Assembly (NCBI GenBank): GCA_944324155.1
Contig: CALUVF010000081.1
Coordinates: forward strand, 31-64,030
Source of the DNA: an uncultured Erysipelotrichaceae bacterium
GTDB lineage: Bacteria > Bacillota_I > Bacilli_A > Erysipelotrichales > Erysipelotrichaceae
Direction: 5' to 3'
Length of the DNA: 64,000 bases
This document shows, one piece after another, positions 19,422 through 29,095 of this stretch (position 1 is the stretch's first letter; each line of letters starts with the position of its first letter). The position numbers were made by a program, and so were the translations under genes. Under the pieces are notes generated by a model. That model did no database searches. It worked only from the letters and a program-made list of their open reading frames with translations, and had not been told where the DNA came from.

Positions 19422-20144
19422 TTAGTCTTCGATGACGTTATGGAAGATCTCTTGGACATCTTCAACATCGTTCAAAAGTCTCAGCAAGCGATCCCACAAT
19501 TCTTTTTCTTCAGGATCTTCAAGCTTGACATACTCATGTGGAAGCATCTTAATCGCCAAAGTCGAAAACTCAACATCAGGAATCATTGCTTCAATGCACT
19601 CTTGGGCTTTATGAAGATCGCTGGGGTCGGCATAGACCGTCATCTGCCCTTCTTCACACTCGATATCTGAAACATTGACATCGGCATTGATCAATTCTTC
19701 CAGCATTTTATCTTCATCTTCATAAGGGAAGGATAAAACTGCCAGATTGTCATAATTGAATGAAACGGACCCTTTGACCCCCAACTTGCAATGCGACTTA
19801 TTGAAACATTGATTCATGGCGGCGACCGTCCGGTTGGAATTATCGGTCAAACAATCGATAATGATCGTTGCCCCGCTTGGGCCAATACCTTCGTAACGCA
19901 AAGAATCATAATTCTCAGTTGACCCACCCTTGGCCTTTTCGATCGCTCTTTTAATGACATCAGCTGGAACCTGATTAGCTTTAGCTTCAGCGATCTTTCT
20001 TTTTAAGGTCAAGTTCATCTCAGGGTCAGGAACTCCGCTTTTTGCGGCGATGTATAGTTCCTTTCCATATCTTGAATAAAGTTTAGATTTCATAGCAGCA
20101 GTCTTCGCCATAGACGCTGCGCGCACTTCATGTGCTCTTCCCAT
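19422..20144 (-). CDS. yebC: YebC/PmpR-family DNA-binding regulator
   Basis: 240 aa. 'MGRAHEVRAASMAKT...' and overall YebC-family sequence. Confidence 0.9.
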   Translation of the reverse strand: MGRAHEVRAASMAKTAAMKSKLYSRYGKELYIAAKSGVPDPEMNLTLKRKIAEAKANQVPADVIKRAIEKAKGGSTENYDSLRYEGIGPSGATIIIDCLTDNSNRTVAAMNQCFNKSHCKLGVKGSVSFNYDNLAVLSFPYEDEDKMLEELINADVNVSDIECEEGQMTVYADPSDLHKAQECIEAMIPDVEFSTLAIKMLPHEYVKLEDPEEKELWDRLLRLLNDVEDVQEIFHNVIED

Positions 20145-20210
20145 TTATTTCACCTCTTTTTTCAACTCTAGCATTATACAATAAAAACTATTTCAGGCGC
20201 AAATAAAGCA

Positions 20211-20250
20211 GATAAAAAGAGCTCTAAGTTAAAACCTTGAGCTCTTTTAA
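20211..20250 (-). terminator. rho-independent terminator after ptsI
   Basis: AAAAGAGCTC ... GAGCTCTTTT, a 10-bp inverted repeat followed (minus strand) by TTTTTATC. Confidence 0.8.
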
Positions 20251-20261
20251 AAGATATAAAA

Positions 20262-21968
20262 CTATTTGCCTAAGCGCGATTTGACAAGTTCAACGACTTC
20301 TTCCATCGTTTCTTTGTCTAAAGCTTCGTTAGCTAATTCTTCCATCTCCTTTTTAGAAAGTGAATTGATCATCTTTCTAGCCGGCAAGATCGAAGTAGCA
20401 CTCATCGAGAATTCATCAAGACCTAGTCCTAACAAGACAGGAGCTGCTAGGGTATCGCCAGCCATCTCGCCACACATACCACACCATTTACCATGCTTAT
20501 GAGCTCCGTCAATTGCGCTCTTAATTAGTCTTAAAAGCGACGGATTCAAAGGCTGATAGAGGTATGAGACCTTTTCGCTCATGCGGTCGGCAGCCATCGA
20601 ATATTGAATAAGGTCGTTGGTACCGATCGAGAAGAAATCCGCATATTCCGCAAACTTGTCAGCCAAGACAGCGCTTGAGGGGATCTCGACCATCATACCG
20701 ACCTCAATATCTTCAGAAACTGCAACTCCTTCAGAAATAAGTTTAGTTTTCTCTTCTTCGTAAATACCTTTGGCTTCCTTAAATTCATTGATCGTTGCGA
20801 TCATTGGGAACATGATGGCCAGTTTTCCATAAACCGAGGCCCTTAAAAGCGCTCTTAATTGAGTACGGAAGATATCTTTGCGATCAAGACACAAACGAAT
20901 AGCGCGATAACCCAAGAAAGGATTCATCTCTTCGGGGAAAGTAAAGTATTTGAGGCGCTTATCGCCACCGATATCTAAAGTACGAACGACGACTTTCTTG
21001 CCTTTCATGCCTTCTAAGACAGCTTTATAAGCCTCGAATTGATCATCTTCAGATGGGAAATCGTTTTCGGAATCCATGTATAAGAATTCCGTACGGTATA
21101 GACCGACTGCTTCCCCACCGTTATTTAGGACACCTTCAACATCTTTCGGTGTACCGATATTGCCAGCAATATCAACTTTATGACCATCGGTTGTGATCGT
21201 CTCTTGATCGACAAGGACCTTTAAGGCTTCTCTTTCTTTTAAGAATTCATCACGTTTTTTAGTATATTCTTCAATTTCCTCAGCACTGGGCTTAGTGATG
21301 ACCTTACCATCAAGGGCGTCAAGAATAAGCATATCACCATCTTTAACTTCGTCCATGATGCCTTTGACACCGACTACTGCTGGAATTTCCAAAGAACGGG
21401 CCATAATGGCCGAATGCGAGGTACGGCCACCGATCTGGGTACCGAATCCTAAGCAATACTTCTTATTGAGCTGGGCGGTATCACTGGGTGTAAGATCTTC
21501 ACCGATAATGACGACCTCTTCATCGATCGCTCCAAGATCAGGAATCGATAGACCTAGAATATTGCAAAGCAAGCGATAACTGACATCTTTGACATCGGCC
21601 GCTCTTTCTTTGAAATAGTCATTACCCATTCCTTCAAACATCGCGATCATACTGTCAGAGACCGTCTTAGTCGCTTTGTCGGCATTTTCACCGTTTTTAA
21701 TAGCGTCTTCGATCTGACTCTTTAATTCTGGATCATTAGCCATCATTAAATGAGCATCAAAGATCGCTAATTCATCTTCTGATAAACTTTGGGCAGCTCT
21801 TGATTTGACCTTTTCGATATCGGCGATCGTCTTAGTGATCGATCTTTCAAAAAGTGCGAGCTCGTCCTCTGTATTGCCCTTTTCTTCCTTCAGGACAATC
21901 TTAGGTTGTTCAAGCTTGTAAGCCCTACCAATCGCAATTCCGCTTGATGCAGCAATTCCCTTTAGCAT
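20262..21968 (-). CDS. ptsI: phosphoenolpyruvate-protein phosphotransferase (PTS enzyme I)
   Basis: 568 aa. Active-site '[13 protein letters not shown]' and 'GMCGEMAGD' motifs. Confidence 0.95.
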   Translation of the reverse strand: MLKGIAASSGIAIGRAYKLEQPKIVLKEEKGNTEDELALFERSITKTIADIEKVKSRAAQSLSEDELAIFDAHLMMANDPELKSQIEDAIKNGENADKATKTVSDSMIAMFEGMGNDYFKERAADVKDVSYRLLCNILGLSIPDLGAIDEEVVIIGEDLTPSDTAQLNKKYCLGFGTQIGGRTSHSAIMARSLEIPAVVGVKGIMDEVKDGDMLILDALDGKVITKPSAEEIEEYTKKRDEFLKEREALKVLVDQETITTDGHKVDIAGNIGTPKDVEGVLNNGGEAVGLYRTEFLYMDSENDFPSEDDQFEAYKAVLEGMKGKKVVVRTLDIGGDKRLKYFTFPEEMNPFLGYRAIRLCLDRKDIFRTQLRALLRASVYGKLAIMFPMIATINEFKEAKGIYEEEKTKLISEGVAVSEDIEVGMMVEIPSSAVLADKFAEYADFFSIGTNDLIQYSMAADRMSEKVSYLYQPLNPSLLRLIKSAIDGAHKHGKWCGMCGEMAGDTLAAPVLLGLGLDEFSMSATSILPARKMINSLSKKEMEELANEALDKETMEEVVELVKSRLGK

Positions 21969-22054
21969 TTTCTATATCTCCTTATCTAAAAAATTTAATT
22001 TTGCAGATGTTTTTCTGCTCTAAATGTATTTTACTATTATTTTTATTTCACTTC

Positions 22055-22083
22055 AATAAAATAAAGGGTCAAACGACCCTTTA
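22055..22083 (-). terminator. rho-independent terminator after the 103-aa gene
   Basis: AAAGGGTC-aaac-GACCCTTT, 8-bp stem with 4-nt loop. T-rich tail on the minus strand. Overlaps the stop codon. Confidence 0.75.
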
Positions 22084-22392
22084 CAAGTGAAGCAAACGCA
22101 CGTATTCATGATATGCGATCTTGCGTTTGCGACGATAGACACTGGGAGAAAAATATTCCATATACCATTTCCCCTTTTGGCCTAAGATCACTTCGTGGTA
22201 GATGATGGTCCTTTCCATCTGGTCCAGAAACGATACGGTATTCTCCATCATCTGCATCATCTTAGTGATTCTTTTGATCTCATCTTTAGAACGCGGATTG
22301 AGTCCATTCATATTATCCGCGATCATCTTTGAGAAATCGCGATAAGCAAGCGCCAGAATCTGAACACATTTTTGATCATCAAGTCCTAACAT
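22081..22392 (-). CDS. hypothetical small protein, possible sigma-70 region-4/ArpU-like HTH at the C-terminus
   Basis: 103 aa. The C-terminal 'ERTIIYHEVILGQKGKWYMEYFSPSVYRRKRKIAYHEYVRLL' resembles region-4-type HTH proteins. The call is weak. Confidence 0.4.
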   Translation of the reverse strand: MLGLDDQKCVQILALAYRDFSKMIADNMNGLNPRSKDEIKRITKMMQMMENTVSFLDQMERTIIYHEVILGQKGKWYMEYFSPSVYRRKRKIAYHEYVRLLHL

Positions 22393-22436
22393 TTTGTTTC
22401 CTATCCTTTCCTAGCAGGATAAGAAGGAGTTATGAA

Positions 22437-22973
22437 TCAAAGTTGTTCGTCGACTTCGATCAAGCCATAGTTGCCGTCGAGGCGTTTGTAGACTACAGCC
22501 ATCTTATCGGAATCCACATCACGATAGATAAAGAAAGAGTGTGATAACATCTCCATACGCATGATGGCTTCATCAAGCGTCATATCTTCAGCGGCGATCT
22601 CTTTAGTACGGACCAAGACCTCATCTTTTTCGGTTTCACTTTGGGAAACATCGATGAAGCTTTCGGCCAAAGAATCTTTGTGGCGACGCGATAAGCGGGT
22701 TTTTTGACGTCTGATCTGATCTTCCAGTTTATCGATCGCAAGATCTACGGCCGCATAGAAATCTTCATGAATGACCTCGGCCCGCAAAATACCGACCTTG
22801 GAAGGAATGGTGATCTCAACTTTCTGGGCATTGGGGTAAACTTTGGCGACCACCCGGGCAGTGGTGTTTTCGTCAATCAGAAGATATTTGTTCAAAAAGG
22901 AGAGCTTGGTCTCAATGCGATGGCGCATACCCTCAGTAATAGTTACATTATCTCCATATATCTCGAATTTCAT
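22437..22973 (-). CDS. hpf: ribosome hibernation-promoting factor (long HPF)
   Basis: 178 aa. N-terminal S30AE/YfiA domain ('ITIPSKVGILRAEV') plus the C-terminal dimerisation domain of long HPFs. Confidence 0.9.
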   Translation of the reverse strand: MKFEIYGDNVTITEGMRHRIETKLSFLNKYLLIDENTTARVVAKVYPNAQKVEITIPSKVGILRAEVIHEDFYAAVDLAIDKLEDQIRRQKTRLSRRHKDSLAESFIDVSQSETEKDEVLVRTKEIAAEDMTLDEAIMRMEMLSHSFFIYRDVDSDKMAVVYKRLDGNYGLIEVDEQL

Positions 22974-23058
22974 ATTTATTTCCTCCTTTCGATATATATG
23001 TTTAAAAGAAAAGAATAAATTCTTTCTCTTATTGTAAGCCTGCTATCTTCCTAATCCC

Positions 23059-23067
23059 ATTATAACA
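23059..23067 (-). promoter_or_regulatory. extended -10 (TGTTATAAT) promoter for hpf
   Basis: Minus strand gaTGtTATAATggg, immediately after the rimO stop. About 85-nt leader ending in AAAGGAGG. Confidence 0.55.
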
Positions 23068-23070
23068 TCA

Positions 23071-24363
23071 CTAATCGACAATTTCGCCTAAAAAATCATA
23101 ATCTTGAACTTTTGTAAGACGACACTTGTAAAATTCCCCGATCTTGAGGCTTTGGGCTGAGGTAATCAATACTTCGCTGTCAACGCCATCAGGCGCCATG
23201 AACCATGTGCGGGCGTGATAGTATTCTCCATCATAAGAATCGATCACGACATCAAAAATCTTATCTATATACCGCTGATTTAAAGACTTAAGGATCGCCT
23301 TTTGTTTATTCATTAAAAGATCAAGTCTTAAAAGGGCGACATCTTCAGGGACTTGTTTATCCATCTCATAACCCTTGGTCCCCTCTTCTTTTGAATAAGT
23401 AAAGGCCCCTAAGGCATCAAAACGGTTGCGGTCAACATATTTTAGGGTATCTTTAAAAGTCTCGTCGCTCTCATGAGGAAAGCCAATGATCAAAGTTGTG
23501 CGGATAAAGGCATCTTTAAACATCGCTCGGATAGTAGCAATACGCTCTTCAATGAGTTTTACGCTGCCCCGGCGATTCATGAGCTTTAATAGTGAGTCAT
23601 TACCATATTGCGTAGGTATATCAAAATATGGGACAACTTTATCAAGGCTGGCCATGGTCTTTAATAGATCATCATCGATCTCATCGGGATACATATAAAG
23701 TAGTCTAATCCATTTAAAGGGAAGCTTATTTAAAGCGACCAAAAGTTCTTTAAGATGACTATGGCCATCAAAATCTAGACCATAGGAGGTCGTATCTTGG
23801 GCGATGACATCTAATTCCTTAATGCCCATACCAGAAAGCATCTCAGCTTCTTTGATAAGATTATCCATCTCAAATGATCGAAGGTCATGACGAATCAAAG
23901 GGATCGCACAATATGCGCAACGGTTATTACAGCCTTCGGCGATCTTTAAATAGGCATGGGAACCATGATTAATAAGCTTGCGTTTTAGGCCATATTCAGA
24001 GTTTACCTCGATATCTAATTCTTCCCTTAAGATCTTCGGCAATTCATTGTATGAGCTGATCCTTACAAGGCAATCAATCTCGGGCATCTCTTTTTTAAGA
24101 TCATCATAATAGCGCTCTGCCAGACAGCCTGTGACGATCAGTTTTTTAAGACGGCCCTTAGTCTTATATTCAGCCATCTCAAGGATCGTATCGATCGCCT
24201 CCTTTTTGGCACTTAAGATAAAACCGCAGGTATTGATCACGATTACATCACAGTGCTTAGGATTGCTTTCAAAAGAGATCTTCTCATTTTCTAAAAGACC
24301 CAAGATATATTCACTATCTACCAAATTCTTGGCACAGCCCAAGGAAATAAAACCTAATTTCAT
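23071..24363 (-). CDS. rimO: ribosomal protein S12 methylthiotransferase RimO (MiaB-family radical SAM)
   Basis: 'MKLGFISLGCAKN' UPF0004 domain, radical-SAM 'CNNRCAYC', C-terminal TRAM domain. ATG at 24363 overlaps the upstream stop (ATGA). Confidence 0.8.
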   Translation of the reverse strand: MKLGFISLGCAKNLVDSEYILGLLENEKISFESNPKHCDVIVINTCGFILSAKKEAIDTILEMAEYKTKGRLKKLIVTGCLAERYYDDLKKEMPEIDCLVRISSYNELPKILREELDIEVNSEYGLKRKLINHGSHAYLKIAEGCNNRCAYCAIPLIRHDLRSFEMDNLIKEAEMLSGMGIKELDVIAQDTTSYGLDFDGHSHLKELLVALNKLPFKWIRLLYMYPDEIDDDLLKTMASLDKVVPYFDIPTQYGNDSLLKLMNRRGSVKLIEERIATIRAMFKDAFIRTTLIIGFPHESDETFKDTLKYVDRNRFDALGAFTYSKEEGTKGYEMDKQVPEDVALLRLDLLMNKQKAILKSLNQRYIDKIFDVVIDSYDGEYYHARTWFMAPDGVDSEVLITSAQSLKIGEFYKCRLTKVQDYDFLGEIVD

Positions 24364-24857
24364 ACTCTTTTCACCCTCTTGATACATTCTTTAGCGATTA
24401 AACCTGTCAAAACCCCTGTAGCGATCGATGAAAGAGCTAAGATCGGGAATAAGACAAAGACATTGACTTGATCGTATAAAAAGATAACTACTAAGACCTG
24501 GCCTAAGGAATGGGCGATCGCTGAAATGATCGACATAAAGATAAAGGAGGTCTTTAGTTTATGACAAAGCGATATTGCCAAAGTCGACAATAAGACACCG
24601 GAAAAACTGATCATAAAGGCCGAGCCAAAGATCACTCCTCTTAAAAGAGAACCGATCGTGACGCGAATCAGGGCGACAAAGAACAGTTCGCGATAAGAGA
24701 ATAATTCGATCGTAATAAGCGAGATGATGTTGGCCAAACCAAAACGGATCCCAAATTGAATCGGTGGGATAAAGGCGCTTTCAAAAAGATTGATGACGAT
24801 CGCCAAGGCACTGAGCAGTGCAATATAAGATATCTTGCGAGTCTTATTCATCGACAA
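24360..24857 (-). CDS. Gx transporter family membrane protein (Hpre_diP_synt_I-like)
   Basis: 165 aa, 4-5 TM helices. 'ISYIALLSALAIVINLFE' type N-terminus. Paired with a NusG_II-domain gene, as is commonly seen. Confidence 0.6.
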   Translation of the reverse strand: MSMNKTRKISYIALLSALAIVINLFESAFIPPIQFGIRFGLANIISLITIELFSYRELFFVALIRVTIGSLLRGVIFGSAFMISFSGVLLSTLAISLCHKLKTSFIFMSIISAIAHSLGQVLVVIFLYDQVNVFVLFPILALSSIATGVLTGLIAKECIKRVKRV

Positions 24858-25191
24858 CCTCTACCATGATCCCATTGGGGATACAGATAATCGGGGTATA
24901 GACACCAAGCGATGGCATCCAACCGAAATTTACGCAGTCTTGATTTGGGCAATCGACATCAGTGGCATGATAGTGCCCGTCTTTTACTTCCACATGAAAA
25001 AACCCGTTTGGTACTTCAAACTCATAATAGGCATCTTCATTTACATCAAAGCGCAACAAAACCTCCCCACTTTCAAGGTCCTTAACTTCAGCATAGGTGT
25101 GTGCTTGGTTTTTGATTAAAAAGTTATAGGCTAAATAAAAGACAGCCAAAAGGGCGATTATCCCAATGATGATGATCTCTTTTTTCTTCAC
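24844..25191 (-). CDS. NusG domain II-containing membrane-anchored protein
   Basis: 115 aa. N-terminal TM helix, then 'CPNQDCVNFGWM...IICIPNGIMVEV', characteristic of the NusG_II (DUF1312) family. Confidence 0.6.
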   Translation of the reverse strand: MKKKEIIIIGIIALLAVFYLAYNFLIKNQAHTYAEVKDLESGEVLLRFDVNEDAYYEFEVPNGFFHVEVKDGHYHATDVDCPNQDCVNFGWMPSLGVYTPIICIPNGIMVEVVDE

Positions 25192-26516
25192 ATCTTTTCC
25201 CTCGCCTTTTGACGATAGCGCTCTTTGCGCTCCTCTTTGATCTTTTGACGGATAAATTCGCGGCGCCTTTTCTTTTGGATCGCCTTGATCATTTCGTTCT
25301 TCTTTTTCTTGTAGCCGGGTTTGACTTTTTCTTTCTTGCGGGTCAAAGCTTTGGCCAAGGCTTTTTCTTCAGCCGCTTGTCTTTTTAGATAGTTGCTGCG
25401 CTTGGTATCATCTTTAAATTCACCATTTTTAAAGGTCTTGTTCAGAAAATTAATACCTCTTTCACGCAAGGCCTTGATACTTTGGGCGTCTTCTTCATGA
25501 TATAGAGCGATGCAAAGACCTTGGCGCCCGCTTCTTCCCGTACGTCCCGAGCGATGGATATAGTATTCAAGATCATAAGGGAAACCCAATGATATGACAT
25601 GGCTGACACCATCGATGTCAATACCTCTGGCCGCGACATCACTGCAGACGATATAGGTATAGTCCTTGTGCTTTAAAAAGCGCAGAGCCTGGACCCTGGA
25701 GCGGGCGTTTAGCCCGCCGTGGATCTCTAATATGCGATAGTCATTCTCACGTAAGGTGCGGGCAACTTCTTGACATTCTTCGCGCGTATTTCCAAAGATC
25801 ATACAGACATAAGGGTTAAGACTAGGCAAGATCTTTAAAAGCATTTGGCTATAAGACAAATGCTTGCAGTTCACAAGATAGTGATCGATCTTGGGGGCAA
25901 ACTTGGTCTCATCTTTGACCTCGATGATCTGAGTGTTGCCTAAATACTTTTTGATGAAGGGCTCGAGATTCTTATTTAGGGTCGCACTAAAACCTAAGAT
26001 CTGCACATCATCTTTCATTTTTGATAAAACGGCATCAATATCATTTAAAAAGCCGAATTCCAAAGTCATATCAGCTTCATCTACTACAAACATTCGGATT
26101 TTATCGACCCTTAAACGGCCACTTAAAAAGAGATCTTTGATCTTTCCTGGAGTACCGATGACGATCTGAACGCCTTCAAGATTCATTCTCTCAAAGTCTT
26201 GCCCTGAAGTGATAAGCTTGACGCTAAGATCTGTAAAGACCTTTGACATCAATTTGGCCTTATCATAGATCTGCAAAGCCAATTCCTTGCTGGGGCAAGA
26301 TATCATGACTTGAAGATTGTGATCTAAAGGATCGATCATTTCCATGATTGGGAGAAGATAAGCATGAGTCTTACCGGTTCCAGTCGGGGCGATCGCCATG
26401 ACATTTTGTCCTTTAATAATCTTATTCAGACAAAGACGTTGTACTTTCGTCAATTCTTTAAAGTGGTTTAATTCCAAAAACTTTAGAGTTGTATCTTTAA
26501 ATTTATAACTTGTCAT
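25188..26516 (-). CDS. DEAD-box ATP-dependent RNA helicase
   Basis: Q-motif, 'APTGTGKT', 'VDEAD', 'SAT', 'HRSGRTGR' motifs. Lys/Arg-rich C-terminal tail. Confidence 0.9.
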   Translation of the reverse strand: MTSYKFKDTTLKFLELNHFKELTKVQRLCLNKIIKGQNVMAIAPTGTGKTHAYLLPIMEMIDPLDHNLQVMISCPSKELALQIYDKAKLMSKVFTDLSVKLITSGQDFERMNLEGVQIVIGTPGKIKDLFLSGRLRVDKIRMFVVDEADMTLEFGFLNDIDAVLSKMKDDVQILGFSATLNKNLEPFIKKYLGNTQIIEVKDETKFAPKIDHYLVNCKHLSYSQMLLKILPSLNPYVCMIFGNTREECQEVARTLRENDYRILEIHGGLNARSRVQALRFLKHKDYTYIVCSDVAARGIDIDGVSHVISLGFPYDLEYYIHRSGRTGRSGRQGLCIALYHEEDAQSIKALRERGINFLNKTFKNGEFKDDTKRSNYLKRQAAEEKALAKALTRKKEKVKPGYKKKKNEMIKAIQKKRRREFIRQKIKEERKERYRQKAREKM

Positions 26517-26522
26517 AGCTAG

Positions 26523-26531
26523 ATTATACCA
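26523..26531 (-). promoter_or_regulatory. extended -10 TGGTATAAT placed 6 nt upstream of the helicase ATG (predicted leaderless)
   Basis: Minus strand ttaTGgTATAAT-ctagct-ATG. No room for an SD. Confidence 0.6.
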
Positions 26532-26552
26532 TAAACCAAAAAATAAAATTAA

Positions 26553-26561
26553 TGTTAGAAT
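26553..26561 (+). promoter_or_regulatory. extended -10 TGTTAGAAT placed 6 nt upstream of the ispH ATG (predicted leaderless)
   Basis: aaTGtTAGAAT-taggac-ATG. Back-to-back with the divergent helicase promoter in a 51-nt intergenic region. Confidence 0.6.
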
Positions 26562-26567
26562 TAGGAC

Positions 26568-27479
26568 ATGAAAATAAAAAGAGTTATACCCAGTGGATTC
26601 TGCAAAGGAGTTGTAAGAGCGATCGATATTGCCCTAAAAGCCCAAAAGACCTACAGTGATAAAAAGATCTATATCTTAGGCATGATCGTTCACAACCGTT
26701 TTATCACCGACGCGCTTTATCAAAAAGGCATCATCAGTCTAGATACGACTGGAAAATCCAAAAGTGAGCTGATCGCTTCGATCGATGACGGGGTTATTAT
26801 ATTCAGTGCTCATGGAAGCGATGCCAAATTGATTAAGCAAGCCAAAGACCAAGGACTTATCGCAATCGATGCGACCTGCATCGATGTGATCAAGACACAA
26901 GATCTCATCAAGGACTATCTTAAAAAGGGCTATGAGGTCATCTATATCGGCAAAGAAAAACACCCTGAAGCCGAAGCGGTCCTTAGTATTTCAGAAAAAA
27001 TCCATCTCATCAAAGATCTTAAAGATATTAAAAATCTACAATTAGAAACAGAAAAGATCATGGTGACCAACCAGACTACCATGTCGATCTATGAAACAGA
27101 GGCTTTAATTAAAGAAATTTTAAATAAATATCCTAAAGCTTTGATCGAAGATGAGATATGTTCAGCCACTTCTATGCGTCAAAGAGCTATTTTAGATTTA
27201 AAGGATTGCGATCTACTCTATATCGTCGGTGACCCCTTAAGCAATAATACCGAAAAATTAAGGGCGATCGGCCTTGAAGCCGGAATTAAAAAAGTGCGCA
27301 AGATCCAAAGCGCACACGATATACAAGCTATTGATTTAAATGACTCTTTAAACATCTATGTCACAGCCGGGGCCTCAACCCCTAAGTATCTGATCGATCA
27401 GGTATTTAAAAGCTTGGAATGTTTCAAAAATAACGGCTATCTCTTAGATGAAGAAATTGATGTAAAAGAAATCCTTTAG
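26568..27479 (+). CDS. ispH: 4-hydroxy-3-methylbut-2-enyl diphosphate reductase (IspH/LytB)
   Basis: 303 aa. 'GFCKGVVRAIDIA' N-terminus and conserved Cys positions of IspH. Confidence 0.9.
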   Translation: MKIKRVIPSGFCKGVVRAIDIALKAQKTYSDKKIYILGMIVHNRFITDALYQKGIISLDTTGKSKSELIASIDDGVIIFSAHGSDAKLIKQAKDQGLIAIDATCIDVIKTQDLIKDYLKKGYEVIYIGKEKHPEAEAVLSISEKIHLIKDLKDIKNLQLETEKIMVTNQTTMSIYETEALIKEILNKYPKALIEDEICSATSMRQRAILDLKDCDLLYIVGDPLSNNTEKLRAIGLEAGIKKVRKIQSAHDIQAIDLNDSLNIYVTAGASTPKYLIDQVFKSLECFKNNGYLLDEEIDVKEIL

Positions 27480-29095
27480 CGTTTCAAAAGACCTCTAACA
27501 TATGACCTGAGGTCTTTTTTAAACAACAATTTAAAAAATCCCAGATAATCGCTCACTAAAACATAGATCAAAAGTGACATCATACCAAAGACACCTAAGA
27601 TCAGAAGGCATAACAGGCGGCTGTTATAGTTAAAGGGTAAAAGATAGCTTAAAAAGAAGGGCAAGCAAGATAACAGCGACACACCCAACATAATAATGAT
27701 GCGTTTAAACAAAAGACTAAAATCGATATTAAAGTTTTGATAAAAAGTCCAAATATCTAGAGCTATCATGACAAGTCCCGAGATAATGGCCGAAAAAATC
27801 ATACCATAAGCACCCCACAAATAGACCATGACAAAGAAGGCAAGGAGTTTGACAAATGATCCAATGATCGTGATATAAATCATTTTTTTCTTTAGATTAA
27901 GGGTGATCGCCATCGATGAGCAGATCTGACCGATGGTATCGATGAGCGCAACAGCCATGTAGATCTGCATCATATGGGCTCCTAGGTCAATGTTTTCGCC
28001 GCCATACATGATATAGTAGATCGGTCTTACATAGACGATCATCCACAAAATGATCGGTAAAAGGATAAATAAAACTGTATTGAAGATCTCGTTGATCTGC
28101 TTGTTGAGCAAATGAAAATCCTGTTTTTCTAATGTCTCTACGAGATAAGGGACAAGCCCAGCCCCAAAACCCGTCGCCAAGACCATGGGGATCGAAGCCA
28201 GTTTCGTACAGTTGACCCGAATGATCCCAAATGAAAGCATCATATCTTCATATCCATAACCCACAGAAGTCGAAAAATCAATAAAGAAAGTGGAATCAAT
28301 GAAGCTTGGCACAAGTCCCAAAAGCGCAACCAAAAGATAGGGCAAGCCCAAGCTCAAAAGTTCAATAAAGACATCTTTCCCACCACGTCCTTCGCGGGCA
28401 TTTTGCGCCAAGATCTTCACATCGTGATCGATCTTGCGACCGGAAATCAAAAGATAGACGATCGCAAAAAGAGCACCGATTGCCGCCGCTAAGACCGCCA
28501 TATAGATCGCGTAAATATTGTCAAGACTAAAGACCTTTACACAGACAAAACCTAAGACAACGATCGAAGCGACCCTTAAAAGTTGTTCTAAAACCTGTGA
28601 GGCCGCATATTGATTGAGCATCTTTAAACCCTGATAGTAGCCGCGATAAGCGCTTAAAAGCGGGACCAAGACAAGCGATATTGCCAAGATCATAAAAAGA
28701 TTGTGCAAGGTCTCGATATCTTCGCTTGAAGCCATTGATCCTAAGACCTGTGAAGCGATCGGGTTTGAAAAAAGGACAAAGACCACAGCAATCACAAAAC
28801 CACTCACTAAAAGCAAGGAAGTACCAATCTTTTTAACTAGAAGCATGGTCCGATAATCTTCCCGGCTGTAATATTTAGCTACTAAGGCTGCGATCGCAAA
28901 AGGAATGCCGGCACTTGATATCCTAAGCAAGATATCATAGTAAGTATAGGTGATAGAATAAAAGGCCATATTGGCATCGCCTGCCAATTCATTCAGCGGT
29001 ACGACATACAAAAGACCTAAGACCTTGGATAAGAAGACCCCAAAAGTAGAAGCCAAAGCTCCCGTAATCAATGATTGTTTCATGGTCTTACTCAT
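27476..29095 (-). CDS. MOP-superfamily oligosaccharide/polysaccharide flippase (YtgP/MurJ-like)
   Basis: 539 aa, about 14 TM helices. N-terminal 'ALASTFGVFLSKVLGLLYVVPL' is typical of the polysaccharide-biosynthesis-protein family. Confidence 0.7.
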   Translation of the reverse strand: MSKTMKQSLITGALASTFGVFLSKVLGLLYVVPLNELAGDANMAFYSITYTYYDILLRISSAGIPFAIAALVAKYYSREDYRTMLLVKKIGTSLLLVSGFVIAVVFVLFSNPIASQVLGSMASSEDIETLHNLFMILAISLVLVPLLSAYRGYYQGLKMLNQYAASQVLEQLLRVASIVVLGFVCVKVFSLDNIYAIYMAVLAAAIGALFAIVYLLISGRKIDHDVKILAQNAREGRGGKDVFIELLSLGLPYLLVALLGLVPSFIDSTFFIDFSTSVGYGYEDMMLSFGIIRVNCTKLASIPMVLATGFGAGLVPYLVETLEKQDFHLLNKQINEIFNTVLFILLPIILWMIVYVRPIYYIMYGGENIDLGAHMMQIYMAVALIDTIGQICSSMAITLNLKKKMIYITIIGSFVKLLAFFVMVYLWGAYGMIFSAIISGLVMIALDIWTFYQNFNIDFSLLFKRIIIMLGVSLLSCLPFFLSYLLPFNYNSRLLCLLILGVFGMMSLLIYVLVSDYLGFFKLLFKKDLRSYVRGLLKR

